The position numbers and the translations under genes are program-made. Below, piece after piece: positions 1 to 20,445 of a DNA stretch of 64,000 bases. The stretch lies in NCBI RefSeq assembly GCF_009914755.1, contig NC_060937.1. One strand, written 5' to 3'. The stretch's first letter is position 1, and every line of letters begins with the position of its first letter. This DNA comes from the human T2T-CHM13v2.0 reference genome, Homo sapiens. The notes beneath the pieces are model-generated. The model saw nothing but the letters and a program-made list of their open reading frames with translations, was not told where the DNA came from and did not search any database.

Positions 1-491
1 AGATTTCTGATAGTTAAATAGATGGTGTTTGAGATACACCATCACGGAAAATTTGGTTGACAAGAAAGGTTTAATTCACATAAAAATGTAAGGCTGTTTT
101 ATTGTGTTCTCCACTAAATTATCTTCTAGTTAGTAATTACATGCCCTTGGCATTCTAAATTGGGTTCTACAGATAGAGTGTGGTAGAAGTCCTGTTGTGT
201 TTTTATATTCTCATAGAGAAAGGGTACTAGTTTGGATTCTCGTATCAAGTTCTGCTCCTTAAGAGTTTTGATGTTATAGAACTTGGGCAGTTTTGCCAAA
301 AGACCTTACTTGCTAAAATAATGATTTTTTAACCTTTCAACAGAACTAACTGCTTGGTGATCCAGCTTTCAGTTTGCAGTTCTCACTTTGCTACTGAAAT
401 GTGAACATTTGAAATTACAGGGGTTTGGGGCAAATGCCAGTTTTCAGTCGTATTTGACTGTTCTGCTTTCTGGTTTCAGTAATTCGCCAAA

Positions 492-3248
<2,757 letters not shown>

Positions 3249-3265
3249 TAGGTGTTAAAAAAAAA

Positions 3266-3271
3266 AATAAA
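3266..3271 (+). terminator. RPL21 polyadenylation signal AATAAA
   Basis: AATAAA 17 nt after the stop; GU/U-rich sequence follows at ~3292-3325. Confidence 0.9.
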
Positions 3272-3533
3272 GGACCTCTGGGCTACAAAAATGTTTCTCT
3301 TCATTGAGTAGAAGTGTGGTGTCCTCTCCCCCAAAGAAATATTTAAAGCAAATTTTGGTTGTGTCCTAATTCATTATGTAATGTCCTTGCTATTCAAATT
3401 TAATGTATTTCTTGCTGAAGGACATGAGGTAGCTTATTGTGCAACAAATTACTCAGAAAATGGCGAGGTATTATATATGAAATACTTGTACTGGTTTGAA
3501 GATAGTCCTTCTAAATCATCAAGGAAGAAATAA

Positions 3534-3822
<289 letters not shown>

Positions 3823-4194
3823 AAATAAAACATACAAAAATAAGTGGGATGTCATCTATTGCGTAACAGTTAAGCTCAGGATCCAGAGTTTGCTTTTGAA
3901 TCCTTAAAAAAAAAAAAAAGATTGTTTAAAGCATCCATTCTTTGTGTGTTATATACTAGCTTGGAATTGCTTTGACCATGCATGGAACAGGACTCAAAAT
4001 AATAGTGGTAATAGCATTTGTCTCAGGCCGTTGTCTTGCTGTAACAATATACCACAGACCTGGGTAAGCAGTAGAAGCTTATGTGGTGGTTCTGGAGGCT
4101 CTGATGTCCCAAGGTAAAGGTGCTGGCAGGTTCGGTGTCTTATGAAGGTTTGGCCTTAACTTACCTCTTGATAACTGCCACAATGGGAGTTCCT

Positions 4195-5212
<1,018 letters not shown>

Positions 5213-5473
5213 ACAATGGGGATTAAGTTTCATCATGAATTTTGGAGAGGACATATTAAAACAGTACCATTCAATTGGAAACCTTTACTTAGCAAACATG
5301 GGTCCTTGAAATGTATCCTCACTAATCTTACTGACTGTAAGTCCATTTCATCCCCTAATTGATTTTATCTAACCTTTGAGATTCTACACAGTCAGTCTTG
5401 TTGCTACCTACTTGGGGTGTATTTGCTGTGTAAGGCAAAGACCTAGTAATATTTACTAAATGCTATGAAAGAT

Positions 5474-5623
5474 CAGGCACAGTGGCTCACACCTGTAATC
5501 CCAACACTTTGGGAGGCTGAGGTGGGAGGATCACGAGTCCAGGAGGTCAAGGCTACAGTCTGCTGTGATTGTGTCACCGCACTACAGCCTGGGTGACAGA
5601 GCAAGACCCTGTCTCAAAAAAAA
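5474..5623 (+). mobile_element. Alu monomer (FRAM/AluJ-type)
   Basis: Single-arm Alu with A tail. Confidence 0.8.
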
Positions 5624-6379
5624 CCATTTTTTAGTGTGAATGGAGAAAAGTCTAGTTGGTGGTCTTGAGTTTTTTCTAATGAAGCGAGATGGGTGGTATG
5701 TACAGCTTTGGGATCCCTCACACCTGGATATGAATCTCTGAATAACTGCCCCTAAGGATTCACATTCTAGTAGTGGAGAGTTGCATGTAAACATAATTAT
5801 CACATTAGTCCTGTGTATTTTCCAATCATAGTTCATGGCTCAACAATGCATCTAGTTGAAGTCCTCACAGCCTGTCCCTTTAGTCACACTTGCCTTCTTC
5901 CCTTCATTAAAGCAGCTTCCAGAGTCCACACTTACTCATTCTGTTAATACATTGCAAATTGACCAATATGACTAAGTTTTCTTACGTGGAAGGAGATAAT
6001 AAAAGTGCCCCTAAAAGGGTGATTTTTGAGAATTAGATGGGAATACTTACAAAGCACATCATGATGTTACAGTGAATATTCAGTTACGACCAACTTTTGT
6101 TTCATATTCTGTTGCTAATTGAGAATTTTGCGTTGTTTCTTTACAAATGCGTGCCAGGAGTATTTTGGATGTCCAAAATTAAGTCATTGCCTTCCAGTGA
6201 ATCTAGAATTTACTAATATTTAGGTTTTAAGAGTATATGTGGCCTCCTTTTGTTGGGGGAGGGGGTGTGGTATGTTTCCCTGTTTACCATTTATCTGCTT
6301 CAGAGAGCATCCATAAAATTGAGCTCTATTAATGAATTGGTATTATATGCCTAACAACATTTGTTGACCACTTGATCTG

Positions 6380-6520
6380 TTTCATCTTCCTGGCTGCTTT
6401 GAGATGTGGGGACTACCATGTTTTATGAATAAGATAAAAGACTCAAGAAGGGAGAATAACTCACCAGTGGTTACACTGCCAGAAAGTGGCAGAGTTGGGA
6501 CTTGAACCCATGATCCTCTT
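6380..6520. mobile_element. MIR fragment
   Basis: ttttatgaataagataaaagactcaaga...agaaagtggcagagttgggacttgaaccca core. Confidence 0.65.
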
Positions 6521-8602
6521 ATGCCAAAGAGTTACTCTGTTTGCTGTGCTGTTTGACTACCAAGTGGATCCCAGAAGACTCCAATAAGTTAGTGTGTGGG
6601 TGGGTGGGTGGTGGGTACCAGATAGTGTCTGGAAGACACATTATTTTTTGTAACAGCTTTGTTGAGGTATGATTGATAACAAAGAACTGCACCTTCAGTG
6701 TGTACAGTTTGATGAGTTTAGACAATTGGATGAGTGTGCAAACACGTGATACCGTCATGTATGTGACCCTTTGTAATCTGGTTTCTGCTTGTTTTCCCTT
6801 TCACTTCCTGTTACTGCCTTCCTACTTTATGCTTTAGATATTAGGGAAATAGGTTTTTTCAAGTTCTTTGCACATGCACTTGCCTTTGCCTGAAACATTT
6901 AGGCTTTCCTTTGGTCACTTGATGAGTTCCTGCTTGTCCTTTAGCACTCACCCTGTATTATCTCATAGATGATACCTTCCCTGATGGAAGTATTTTAAGG
7001 AGAGGAATGAAGAAAGCTCTTGGAATCGGAGAAGAGAGATACTTCTGGTTGTAATAAAATCCCCCACATCTTTGTTCCCATGACAGATGTGTTTGCTTCT
7101 GTTACAGTGTTTTTAACTTGTAAGGTTCTGTCTTCCCCACTACACCTGAGTTTAGGGACTGTCTCTTACTAAATTTTGCACTCTTCATGCCTGGAAAATA
7201 GTAAGCATTCAATAAATGCCCTTCAAATTAACGAGAGGATAATGAGAAAAAGACTGCTCTTTAAAAAAAAAAAAGGGTAGATATGTCTGTGTTCAATCTT
7301 TACAAAACTATAGTGTTTTCTGAATTTTGAGGACTTGTAACCATTTTGCATATGAATATGTAGGATTGTTAAACCTCCCATGTAACGTGCAAAGATCAGG
7401 AGACCTTAAACATTCTTTTGTTCATTCTCCAACAAGTCATGTTACCTTCACTTTTTGTTGCCTCATCAGTAAAGTGGTATCACCTACCTGAGTATAAGGG
7501 GTTGGATAAAATGATTCCTATAGGCCCTTGGTGCATTTAGGTCTATGATTTCATATTTTAACACAACCAGATGAAATAAGTAAATTGTGACTTGTCAACA
7601 AGGAAATGAGGATATGAGGTGTCAATTCAGAGGGGCTGATGAAGTTGGGCATGAGAGAAAACGATGACATGCCGAATTGACTTAGGGGAACTACTATCCT
7701 TAGCACAGATATTCAGAAAATGAACTCTTCCTATTTGATGTACAGCATAGCAATTTTTAAAACAATCAGTGGCAATACTATGAATATACATAAAATTTTA
7801 GTATTTTGGATTAATCTTCAAAAATAGATTTTCTCGCACAATACTGGGTTGAAGAATATGTGTTTTTCAAATTATTGATTCACTGATGAATTGATTTACC
7901 AAAGGGTTATACCAGTTTGCACTCCACCTTCCAGGGAACATGCTTGTCTCACAGCATTCTCATCAGCATTGATTATTTTACTTTAATCTTTGCTACTTTG
8001 GTGAGAGAAAATACTTATTATTGAGTTTGGCTTCAGTTAGCTTCTGGAACCCTCTCCTGGTTTCCTTTTACCTGATCTGCAGTCTTTGCTGGTTCTGTCT
8101 TTCTGACCTCCAAATATTGAAGTACCTTTATACTTCAGGTGAGATTTAGCCTCATGGCTTTGAATACCATTTATATTCTGATGATTATCATGGCCTACAA
8201 AACCCTACATTATCTGTACTATAGCTACCTTTGCGACCTAGTCTTGTACCACTTCCTGCCCCAAAGTCAGATCCAATTTCATGAGCCTTCTCGCTGTGCC
8301 TTTAATATGCCAAGTGCATTCGTGCCTGAGGGCTTTTGTAAGTAAGTTGAAGTACAAAATATGAAGGAATGCTTTTGAAGGAGCGTGTTATGCTATGAAG
8401 GAATGCATTTCCTTCATCCTTCCCCATGATTTGTCCCCTTTAGTCAGCCTCTGCTCGAATTTTATCAAGATCTCAATATCCTATACAGACTTTATTCATT
8501 TTCTATATTATAAGTTATAGTACTTATCATTACACAATATATGTTTTGTTTAGTGGTCTGAGTTTTTATCAACTTGTATCTATAGATCTTTATCAAGGGG
8601 AA

Positions 8603-8894
8603 TTTTTTTTCTTTCACAGTGTCTCCCTCGTCACCCAGGCTGGAGTGCAGTGACACGATCAAGGCTCACTGCAGCCTCGAATACCTGGGCTCGAGTGATC
8701 CTCTTGCTTCAGCCTCCTGAGTAGCTGGGACTATAGGAGCATGCCACCACGCCCGGCTAATTTTTGTGTTTTAGTGGAGATGGGGTTTCGCCATATTGCC
8801 CAGACTTAATCTTGAACACCTGGGCTCAAGTGATCTGCCCACCTCGGCCTTCCAAAGTGTTGGGATTTATAGGCGTGAGCCAGCGCACCTGGCC
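8603..8894 (-). mobile_element. AluJ
   Basis: cactgcagcctcgaatacctgggctcgagtgatcct J-type motifs. Confidence 0.9.
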
Positions 8895-9107
8895 AGTAAG
8901 GGGATGTTTACTGGTACCTACTCTACTGTGGAATGAAGGGAAAAAAGAGACATCATAAAGCCTTATTAAGGAGGTGACAGTATAGGAGGAACAGTAAGAC
9001 CTAAATCCCTTCATAAAACAAGGTATCAAGGAGGGTAAAAGAGGAAAGAGTTGGTATTGACAGGGCTCTTGCCTCTGCCCTCTTGTTTCACTGATTATCC
9101 TGGTCTA

Positions 9108-9356
9108 TGCAGTGGCGTGATCTTGGCTCACTGCAACCTCCGCCTCCTGGGTTCAAGAAATTCTGCCTCAGCCTCCCGAGTAGCTGGGATTACAGGTGCC
9201 CTCCATCACACCCAGCTAATTTTTTTGTATTTTTAGTAGAGATGGGGTTTTGCCATGTTGGCCAGACTGGTCTCGAACTCCTGACCTCAGGTGATCTGCT
9301 CGCCTCGGCCTCCCAGAGTTTTGGAATTACAGGCGTGAGCCACCACGCCCAGCCCA
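9108..9356 (-). mobile_element. AluS lacking tail
   Basis: Antisense Alu beginning at tgcagtggcgtgatc. Confidence 0.9.
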
Positions 9357-9751
9357 ACTTGCTGCTTTTTTGACTTCAGCCTGCAGGCTTGCAAAAACCA
9401 GCAAATAAACCAAGCAGCCCTTCCTGTTGTGCCTTCCTCCTCCCTTTCATAGCTAAATTTCCTGGTCGCCCACTGCAAATCTGGCTTCCGCCTCCACCAC
9501 TGATGAAACTGTACTCTTAAAGGTTACGAAAAGCTTGCTAATTAACAAATGTAGATACTTTTTTCCAATTTAATTTTATCCACATAATAATTGACACAGC
9601 CAACAAATGCTTTCTCTTGCAGAGGGTTCTGCCATCATACTTTACTGTTTCTTCTCCCTATCTGACCCCCTTCTAGCCTCATTCTGGCCCCTCCTAGATG
9701 TTCCACATTTGTCTCTCTCTCCTTTATAAATTATTCCTGGGTTATCTAAGC

Positions 9752-10368
<617 letters not shown>

Positions 10369-11460
10369 TTATAAGTGGGGAGATAATTAAATTGGAACCT
10401 CCGAACTTTGAGTAATGTGTGTGTGTGCTGATTACATGTCTGCCTTGAAATGCAGGTCCTGAGCAACCACCACAGATTGTGAATTTATAAATTAACCTCT
10501 TACTGTCCAATTTCCCTTCTTACACTTGTCAGTGAAAATGAAGAAAAATATCCTAACTATAAATTTTTTCACCCTATTTTTAAGTAATAGCCATGATTGT
10601 AAGTGAGGCTGTGTGGTTCCTTGAACTTTGAACTGAAGTCTGTTCTGATCTAGCCAGGTATTTTCTAAGGCCTTCTATTTTTATTCAGTTGAAACCAGTC
10701 CCAAAGGGTTAGATAAAATATATCACACTGTTTTTTGAAGTTTTCTTCTGAATGTTGTGGCAGAAACACACACTCAGGTTCTTGTCTCTTCCATATTCCC
10801 ACTCCTGTAGTAGCATTTTCTCTGTACTAGGATGGAAAATTTGCTAAAATATAAAGAATTGCTAAAATATGAACAAGGTAGGTTTATCTTACTCTTTTTT
10901 TGTGCACAAGACAAAGGATTTAAAACTGGGTTGGATTTATTTGGAATGAGTGTTTATAGCATGTTTCTTCACCCCAGCTCCACTTAGAAAAAAATTGATA
11001 GCAAAAATCCTTCTCCACAGAATCTGTTCGACCAGTTGCTAGGTTATGAATAATAACAGTGAGGCAGCAGCTGCAGCTGCTGTTGCTGAGGTGGAAAATG
11101 TGCACAGAGGAGTGAATAAGCAGCCGAGGCTCTGCACTGTGATTCTTTTCAAACAGCCGTGTGTGGCGAGGAGCTGCTGACAGGCCACCACACAAAGCCA
11201 CTAATGGAAGAGGCACACAAATGCTGTCGTACACACTTCTCCAGCAAGACTTGGATTTATGGAAATCATTTGGGTTGGAAAATAAATGGGGTACTCTTTA
11301 CTGTCTCTGTAAAATGAGATGATGGCTTAGCTCAAGTGAAGATGATTGGATTTTTTTGGTTCCACCTAAGAAGGAAGAGAGGTTCAGATTAAATTAATTG
11401 CTCATGGGAGATGAGTAAGTAAACAGTTTTAAGATCTTTGAGGTCAGAGACCATATCATT

Positions 11461-11617
11461 TTGTTTTGTTTTTATTTTTTGAGACAGGGTCACCCAGGCT
11501 GGAGTGCAGTGGCACAATCACAGTTCACTGCAGCCTTGAACTCCTGGGCTCAAGGGTTCCTCTCACCTCGGTCTCCCAAAATGCTGGGATTACAGGCATG
11601 AGTCACCACACCAGGCC
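11461..11617 (-). mobile_element. Alu monomer (FRAM/AluJ-type)
   Basis: Single-arm antisense Alu. Confidence 0.8.
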
Positions 11618-11664
11618 CATATCCTATTATTTGTAAGCTCCTAGTACTCATACTGTTGTATGTA

Positions 11665-12304
<640 letters not shown>

Positions 12305-12699
12305 TAGAAGGAGCTCTTCTCCTCAAGAAATGATTAATGGCTTTCCATAGCCTCTGGATAAACTTTTTAGCATGCCATTCACAGTCTGGCCCCCAGCCTT
12401 TTGGGTCACTTACCACACCCTTCTCACTGTTGAGACTACTCAGAATTCCTCACACTTGTCATGTACCTCCATGATTTTGCGCATGCTGTTCCCTCAATTT
12501 GACAGGCCTTCGCCCTCCCCTGGTTTCCACCGATCACACCTGACTCACCTGCAGCCCAGCTCATGCTGAAGCTTTCCCTGATACTTGGATCAGACCTAAC
12601 TCTCCCTGTGGCAGCTCTGTTGGAGTTTGCATCCTGACCTGCTCTGGCCTTCCATTACCAACACAGTGTTCTACAACCTGCTTTCTTTATTTTGTATTT

Positions 12700-13090
12700 T
12701 TTTTTTGAATTTTGAATTTTTTGAGGCAGGGTCTTGTTCTGGCCCACGCTGGAGTGCAGTGGTATGATCACAGCTCACTGCATCCTTGATTTGGGCTCAA
12801 GCAATTTTCCCACCACATCATCTTGAGTACCTGGGACAACAGGCATGCACCACCATGCCTGGCGAATTTTTCTTTCCCCTCTGCTCCCCTCCCCTCCCCT
12901 CCCTTCCCCTTTCCTTCCTCCCTCCCTCCCTCCCTTCCTTCCTCCCCTCCCCTCCCTCCCTCCTTCTTTTCTTTTATTTCCTTCTTTTTTCTTTTTTTGT
13001 AGAGACAGGGTTGAACACTGGCTTCAAGCAATCCTCCTGCCTTGGCCTCCCAAAGTGCTGGATTACAGGTGGGAGCCACAGTGCCCGGCT
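12700..13090 (-). mobile_element. AluJ with expanded polypyrimidine linker
   Basis: Two Alu arms separated by a ~130-nt C/T tract (12867-12998). Confidence 0.85.
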
Positions 13091-14959
13091 CTGCACCCTG
13101 CCCTCCATACCCGTGGAATGTGCCAAGATTAAAACTCAGAGGGCTTGAGGCCTGCACCACTATATGGCTCTGTGACTGGATAAGTTACTCAATTTGTCTA
13201 AACCACAATTTAGAGGATATTCTTTACCTGTTTCACAGGATTAATTAAAAATTAAGATAATATTTGAGAATTTTCTTGGTAAACTCAACAGTAATTTATA
13301 AATGATAGTGAATTTGATAAATTTCTTCACTACAGGGATGTCTGTGAAGGCAGGCAGGAGTGTGTTATACTTTGCTGTCTTAGTAAATGTTCGCTGCTCT
13401 TTATGTTCTGCGCAAGCACTTATCACAGAGCCTCACAGAGTCAATTTTCAGTAATTGTGCCTGCTGAGTTGAAGTAAAATAGGGAGCTGGTAGAGGGCAG
13501 AGCCATGATTCCTGTTTAGGGAGAGCACCTCAAAGGCAGGGGCTCTGAGGCTCCGGTAAACTCAATAGTCAAGGACTTAGGATATACAGGAGAGGGAGTT
13601 GATGTTGGGTTATGGCTGGGGTGGGGGAGTTGTTTGTGAACAAGAGGAGGACCCTTGGCAAAATTTTGCCTGATGACTAGAATTCAAGCTTTTATTTGAC
13701 TGGGAAAGAGTTAATAACTTCCCAAGTGTGCTATTATTTGCATATTACCAAACTCTGGCCTTTATGCTCATTCTAAACACCCACAGATTTGTATATCTGT
13801 ATCCATGCCTACGCATTTCTATTATCTTTTTAAAACCACTTCAGCACGCCTGTTATATTGGTTGCACCATAGTTTTACATAACTCTGGACACAAATTTAA
13901 AAGGAAATGGCAGAACACAAGCAGCAACAATTTAGGCAAGGCTATTTATAATTCTACAGTTCAGTCACTTACTGTCTTCACTAGAAGGTCATGGATTATT
14001 TTGTATATTTATAAATGCAAAGAGCTTTTCCAAGGAGAATGAAATAACATGTTGAGCTCTTCTGAGCAAAGGTGCAATGTAAATGCAAAGTGGAACATAA
14101 TTATCACTGGGCAGAGAACAGTCTTAGGAATCTTCCTTATTGGCTGACCTTAAGCTACAATGGTCTTATTCCAGACTGGGAATGTAAAACAGAGAAGGAG
14201 GTGAGGAGAGACAGAGATACTCAGCATTCCACCAAGAAAGGACTCTTTTCCCTTGAAAGTGCTGGATTTTCACTCCAGGAAGGTGAATAGGGTTTATGGC
14301 AGATCTCCTTGGCAGTCATTCTCTCTGTGAGTTCTTGATTTTGGATGGGGGTGGTGGTATGTCCAGCTAGAGGGAGGAATCATGATTGTCTAAACTAGTC
14401 ATGGCCATCCCAGTCTTCTTTGCTAGATACTTGAGTAATCTCTTTCCCAGTTTCTCTGTTCTGGCCAGTGAGATGTAAGAGAGAGTCTGCTGAGTTCTTG
14501 TGAGAACTGCTTTATTTCATAAAGAGAACAACTAAGAGAGTACTTCCTTCCCTTCCTGTTTGGGTAAGGACTTGATGCTGCAGGAGCCACCCTGCATCCA
14601 TAAAGGAGAAGTCAAAAGGAATCAGAGACAACAGCCCAGACCCCCATCACGGAGCTGCACGTGACCCTGGAACTTAACAGCTTCCAGTTGTTCCCTAGAC
14701 AGTCATTGTCTTTATGGTGCCTTTTCCCCCATCAGGGAGGAAGGTACCTTGCTTCAAGTCTTTTCAATTAAACTGCAGTTTAACAGAGAAAATTGCCTTA
14801 TGAACAGTCAAAAGTCAGTACAACTTAAATATGGCAGTTTATCTCAGGACATCTCCCAGCACACGTCTTCCTGAGAGCAAGCTGCTCTCAAAACCAAGGC
14901 AATGGGAAAATGGTCAGAAACATGACTTCTGTATTTTCCAGTTCATACACTGAAGACAG

Positions 14960-15740
<781 letters not shown>

Positions 15741-15744
15741 TAGC

Positions 15745-16229
15745 ATGGTCAATTACAAAAATGGACCCCATTCTCCATCACTCTCTGCTTCCTTGCCCTT
15801 TCACACGTGACTTTTCTGCTGTTTCCACAAAGGGGCGGAGTGTATTTCCCTACTCCTTGAATATGGGCTGGCCCCATGACTTGCTTTGGCCAACAGAATG
15901 CAGCAGAAGGGATGGGTTCCTTCTCAAGGCCTAGGTCTCAAGAGGCCTTATCCATTTCCACCCACTCTCTTGGAACTCTGCTCAGCTACCATGAAGGCAG
16001 GCCCTGGCCAACGTGCTGAATGAGAAGAGACATGTAACTCAGTCACTACCCTCCCTCATCACAGCCAACAGCTGCCAGACATGAGTAAGGCTATCCAAGG
16101 GCAGCCAGCCCCCACTTCCAGAACCTGGAAGCTCCCTGCAGATGCATCAAAGGGCTCAACAACTGTAAGTGATTGTTGTTCTAAGCCATCTAGTTTGGTG
16201 TGGCTTGTCATGCAGCAAAAACTGGTACA
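15745..16229 (+). mobile_element. MLT1 (F/G/H-type) solo LTR
   Basis: ccttgaatatgggctggccccatgacttgctttggccaacagaatg; 3' end ctaagccatctagtttgg...aactggtaca. Confidence 0.75.
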
Positions 16230-16785
16230 ACCAGGGTAGAGAAAGGTATGAATTAGGGTGGGGCTGTCTAATAGGCGATTAGGCAAGTGAGGCTGGAACA
16301 CAGGAGGTCAGAGGCATGAAGGTCTTCTAACTGTTCAAGGTTAAAGTCCTGAGGCTTCTGCTGTGCTATTTCTGGTGGGCTCCAGAAATCCAAGAACCAG
16401 TCTATAGCTCTGTGTCCTGTTCCTCACACTGCCCCCCACCCCACCCTAGACCCCACCATGCACCTAGAAGTAAATATTTGGATACTGAAGCAAATGCATG
16501 ACTCAAGCACATAGGATAGTATTAATGATGGACACTTAGTGCAGGGCCAGGGCCCCCAGCCAGTGGAGTGCTCATGAGTGTTCAGGAATGAGCCAGTGCA
16601 ACCCCTGCCTGCAGAGGAGGGGCTGGGCATGGATACTGAGATGCTAACCATCACTGCCCCTAAGGGGACTTCATCTATCCCTAGCAAGGTCACAGTGACT
16701 GCAGTTGCCTCCACTGATACTAATTCAGAGCTCTTGCCCCCCGCCCCCCGCCCTTTTCCCATATTAATGTTACCCCTTAGCATCT

Positions 16786-17101
<316 letters not shown>

Positions 17102-17667
17102 TAGCACCTTTTAAAAATAAAAAGGGCAGCGTTTTACAGCAATCTGTCCCATTGTTGCAGAAACATCCAACTGATTGCACTTTTTCTTCTTCTCTCGTCA
17201 ACTCGTAACTCCTATCTCAAGTTCACCCACAGGTCTAGTGACTCCGGCTGGCTGCTGCGGGGCGAGGAGACTCGCAGAATGCCTGACTAGAGGCCACTCG
17301 CGCGCTCTGGACGGTGGCCGTATCTCCAGGGTCTGAGCCCCGGAGCCGCAGTCCTGCCGCAGAGCGCCTGGAGCCGCGAGCAGCTAGCAGCCCGGCGAAG
17401 CGCACAGCCTCGGCGATAGTCAGCTCCGCGGCCTCTGCTCCCGCCCCTCCCGGCCGCTCCGGGAAGGGGCGGAGACGAGGAGGAGCTGGGACGGCCGCCG
17501 CGCTCCCGGGCGCACCAAGCCCTTTAAAAGCCGCGGGCCTTGACAGTTCTGCAGGCAGCCGCCGCGGTCCCGGACCTCTAGTCCCGCACTCCCAGCTGGC
17601 GAGCCGGCTCCGGGTGCGGCGAGGCCCAGCCCTCTCGGATTGCGCGCCGGACCCCGGGACGCGCTCC

Positions 17668-20217
<2,550 letters not shown>

Positions 20218-20402
20218 ACTATCTCAGACAGATGCCTCTCCTTTTTAATACGCATTTGTGCAGCTAAAAGACTGGGCTTCTCGCTTTTTAATCACACATT
20301 CAGAGTTTATTTTTATAAAAAAATTGATTTTCAAGTACATGTGTATTTCTGAAAATTCAAACAGTGATTGCCTAGAAGCTGGATAAAATTTTGTTTTGTT
20401 TT

Positions 20403-20408
20403 ATTAAA
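20403..20408 (+). terminator. Candidate RASL11A poly(A) signal ATTAAA (alternatives at 20467 and 20813)
   Basis: Variant hexamer 185 nt after the stop, followed by a T29 run. Confidence 0.5.
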
Positions 20409-20410
20409 AG

Positions 20411-20413
<3 letters not shown>

Positions 20414-20442
<29 letters not shown>
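20414..20442. repeat. T29 homopolymer
   Basis: Direct count. Confidence 0.95.
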
Positions 20443-20445
<3 letters not shown>

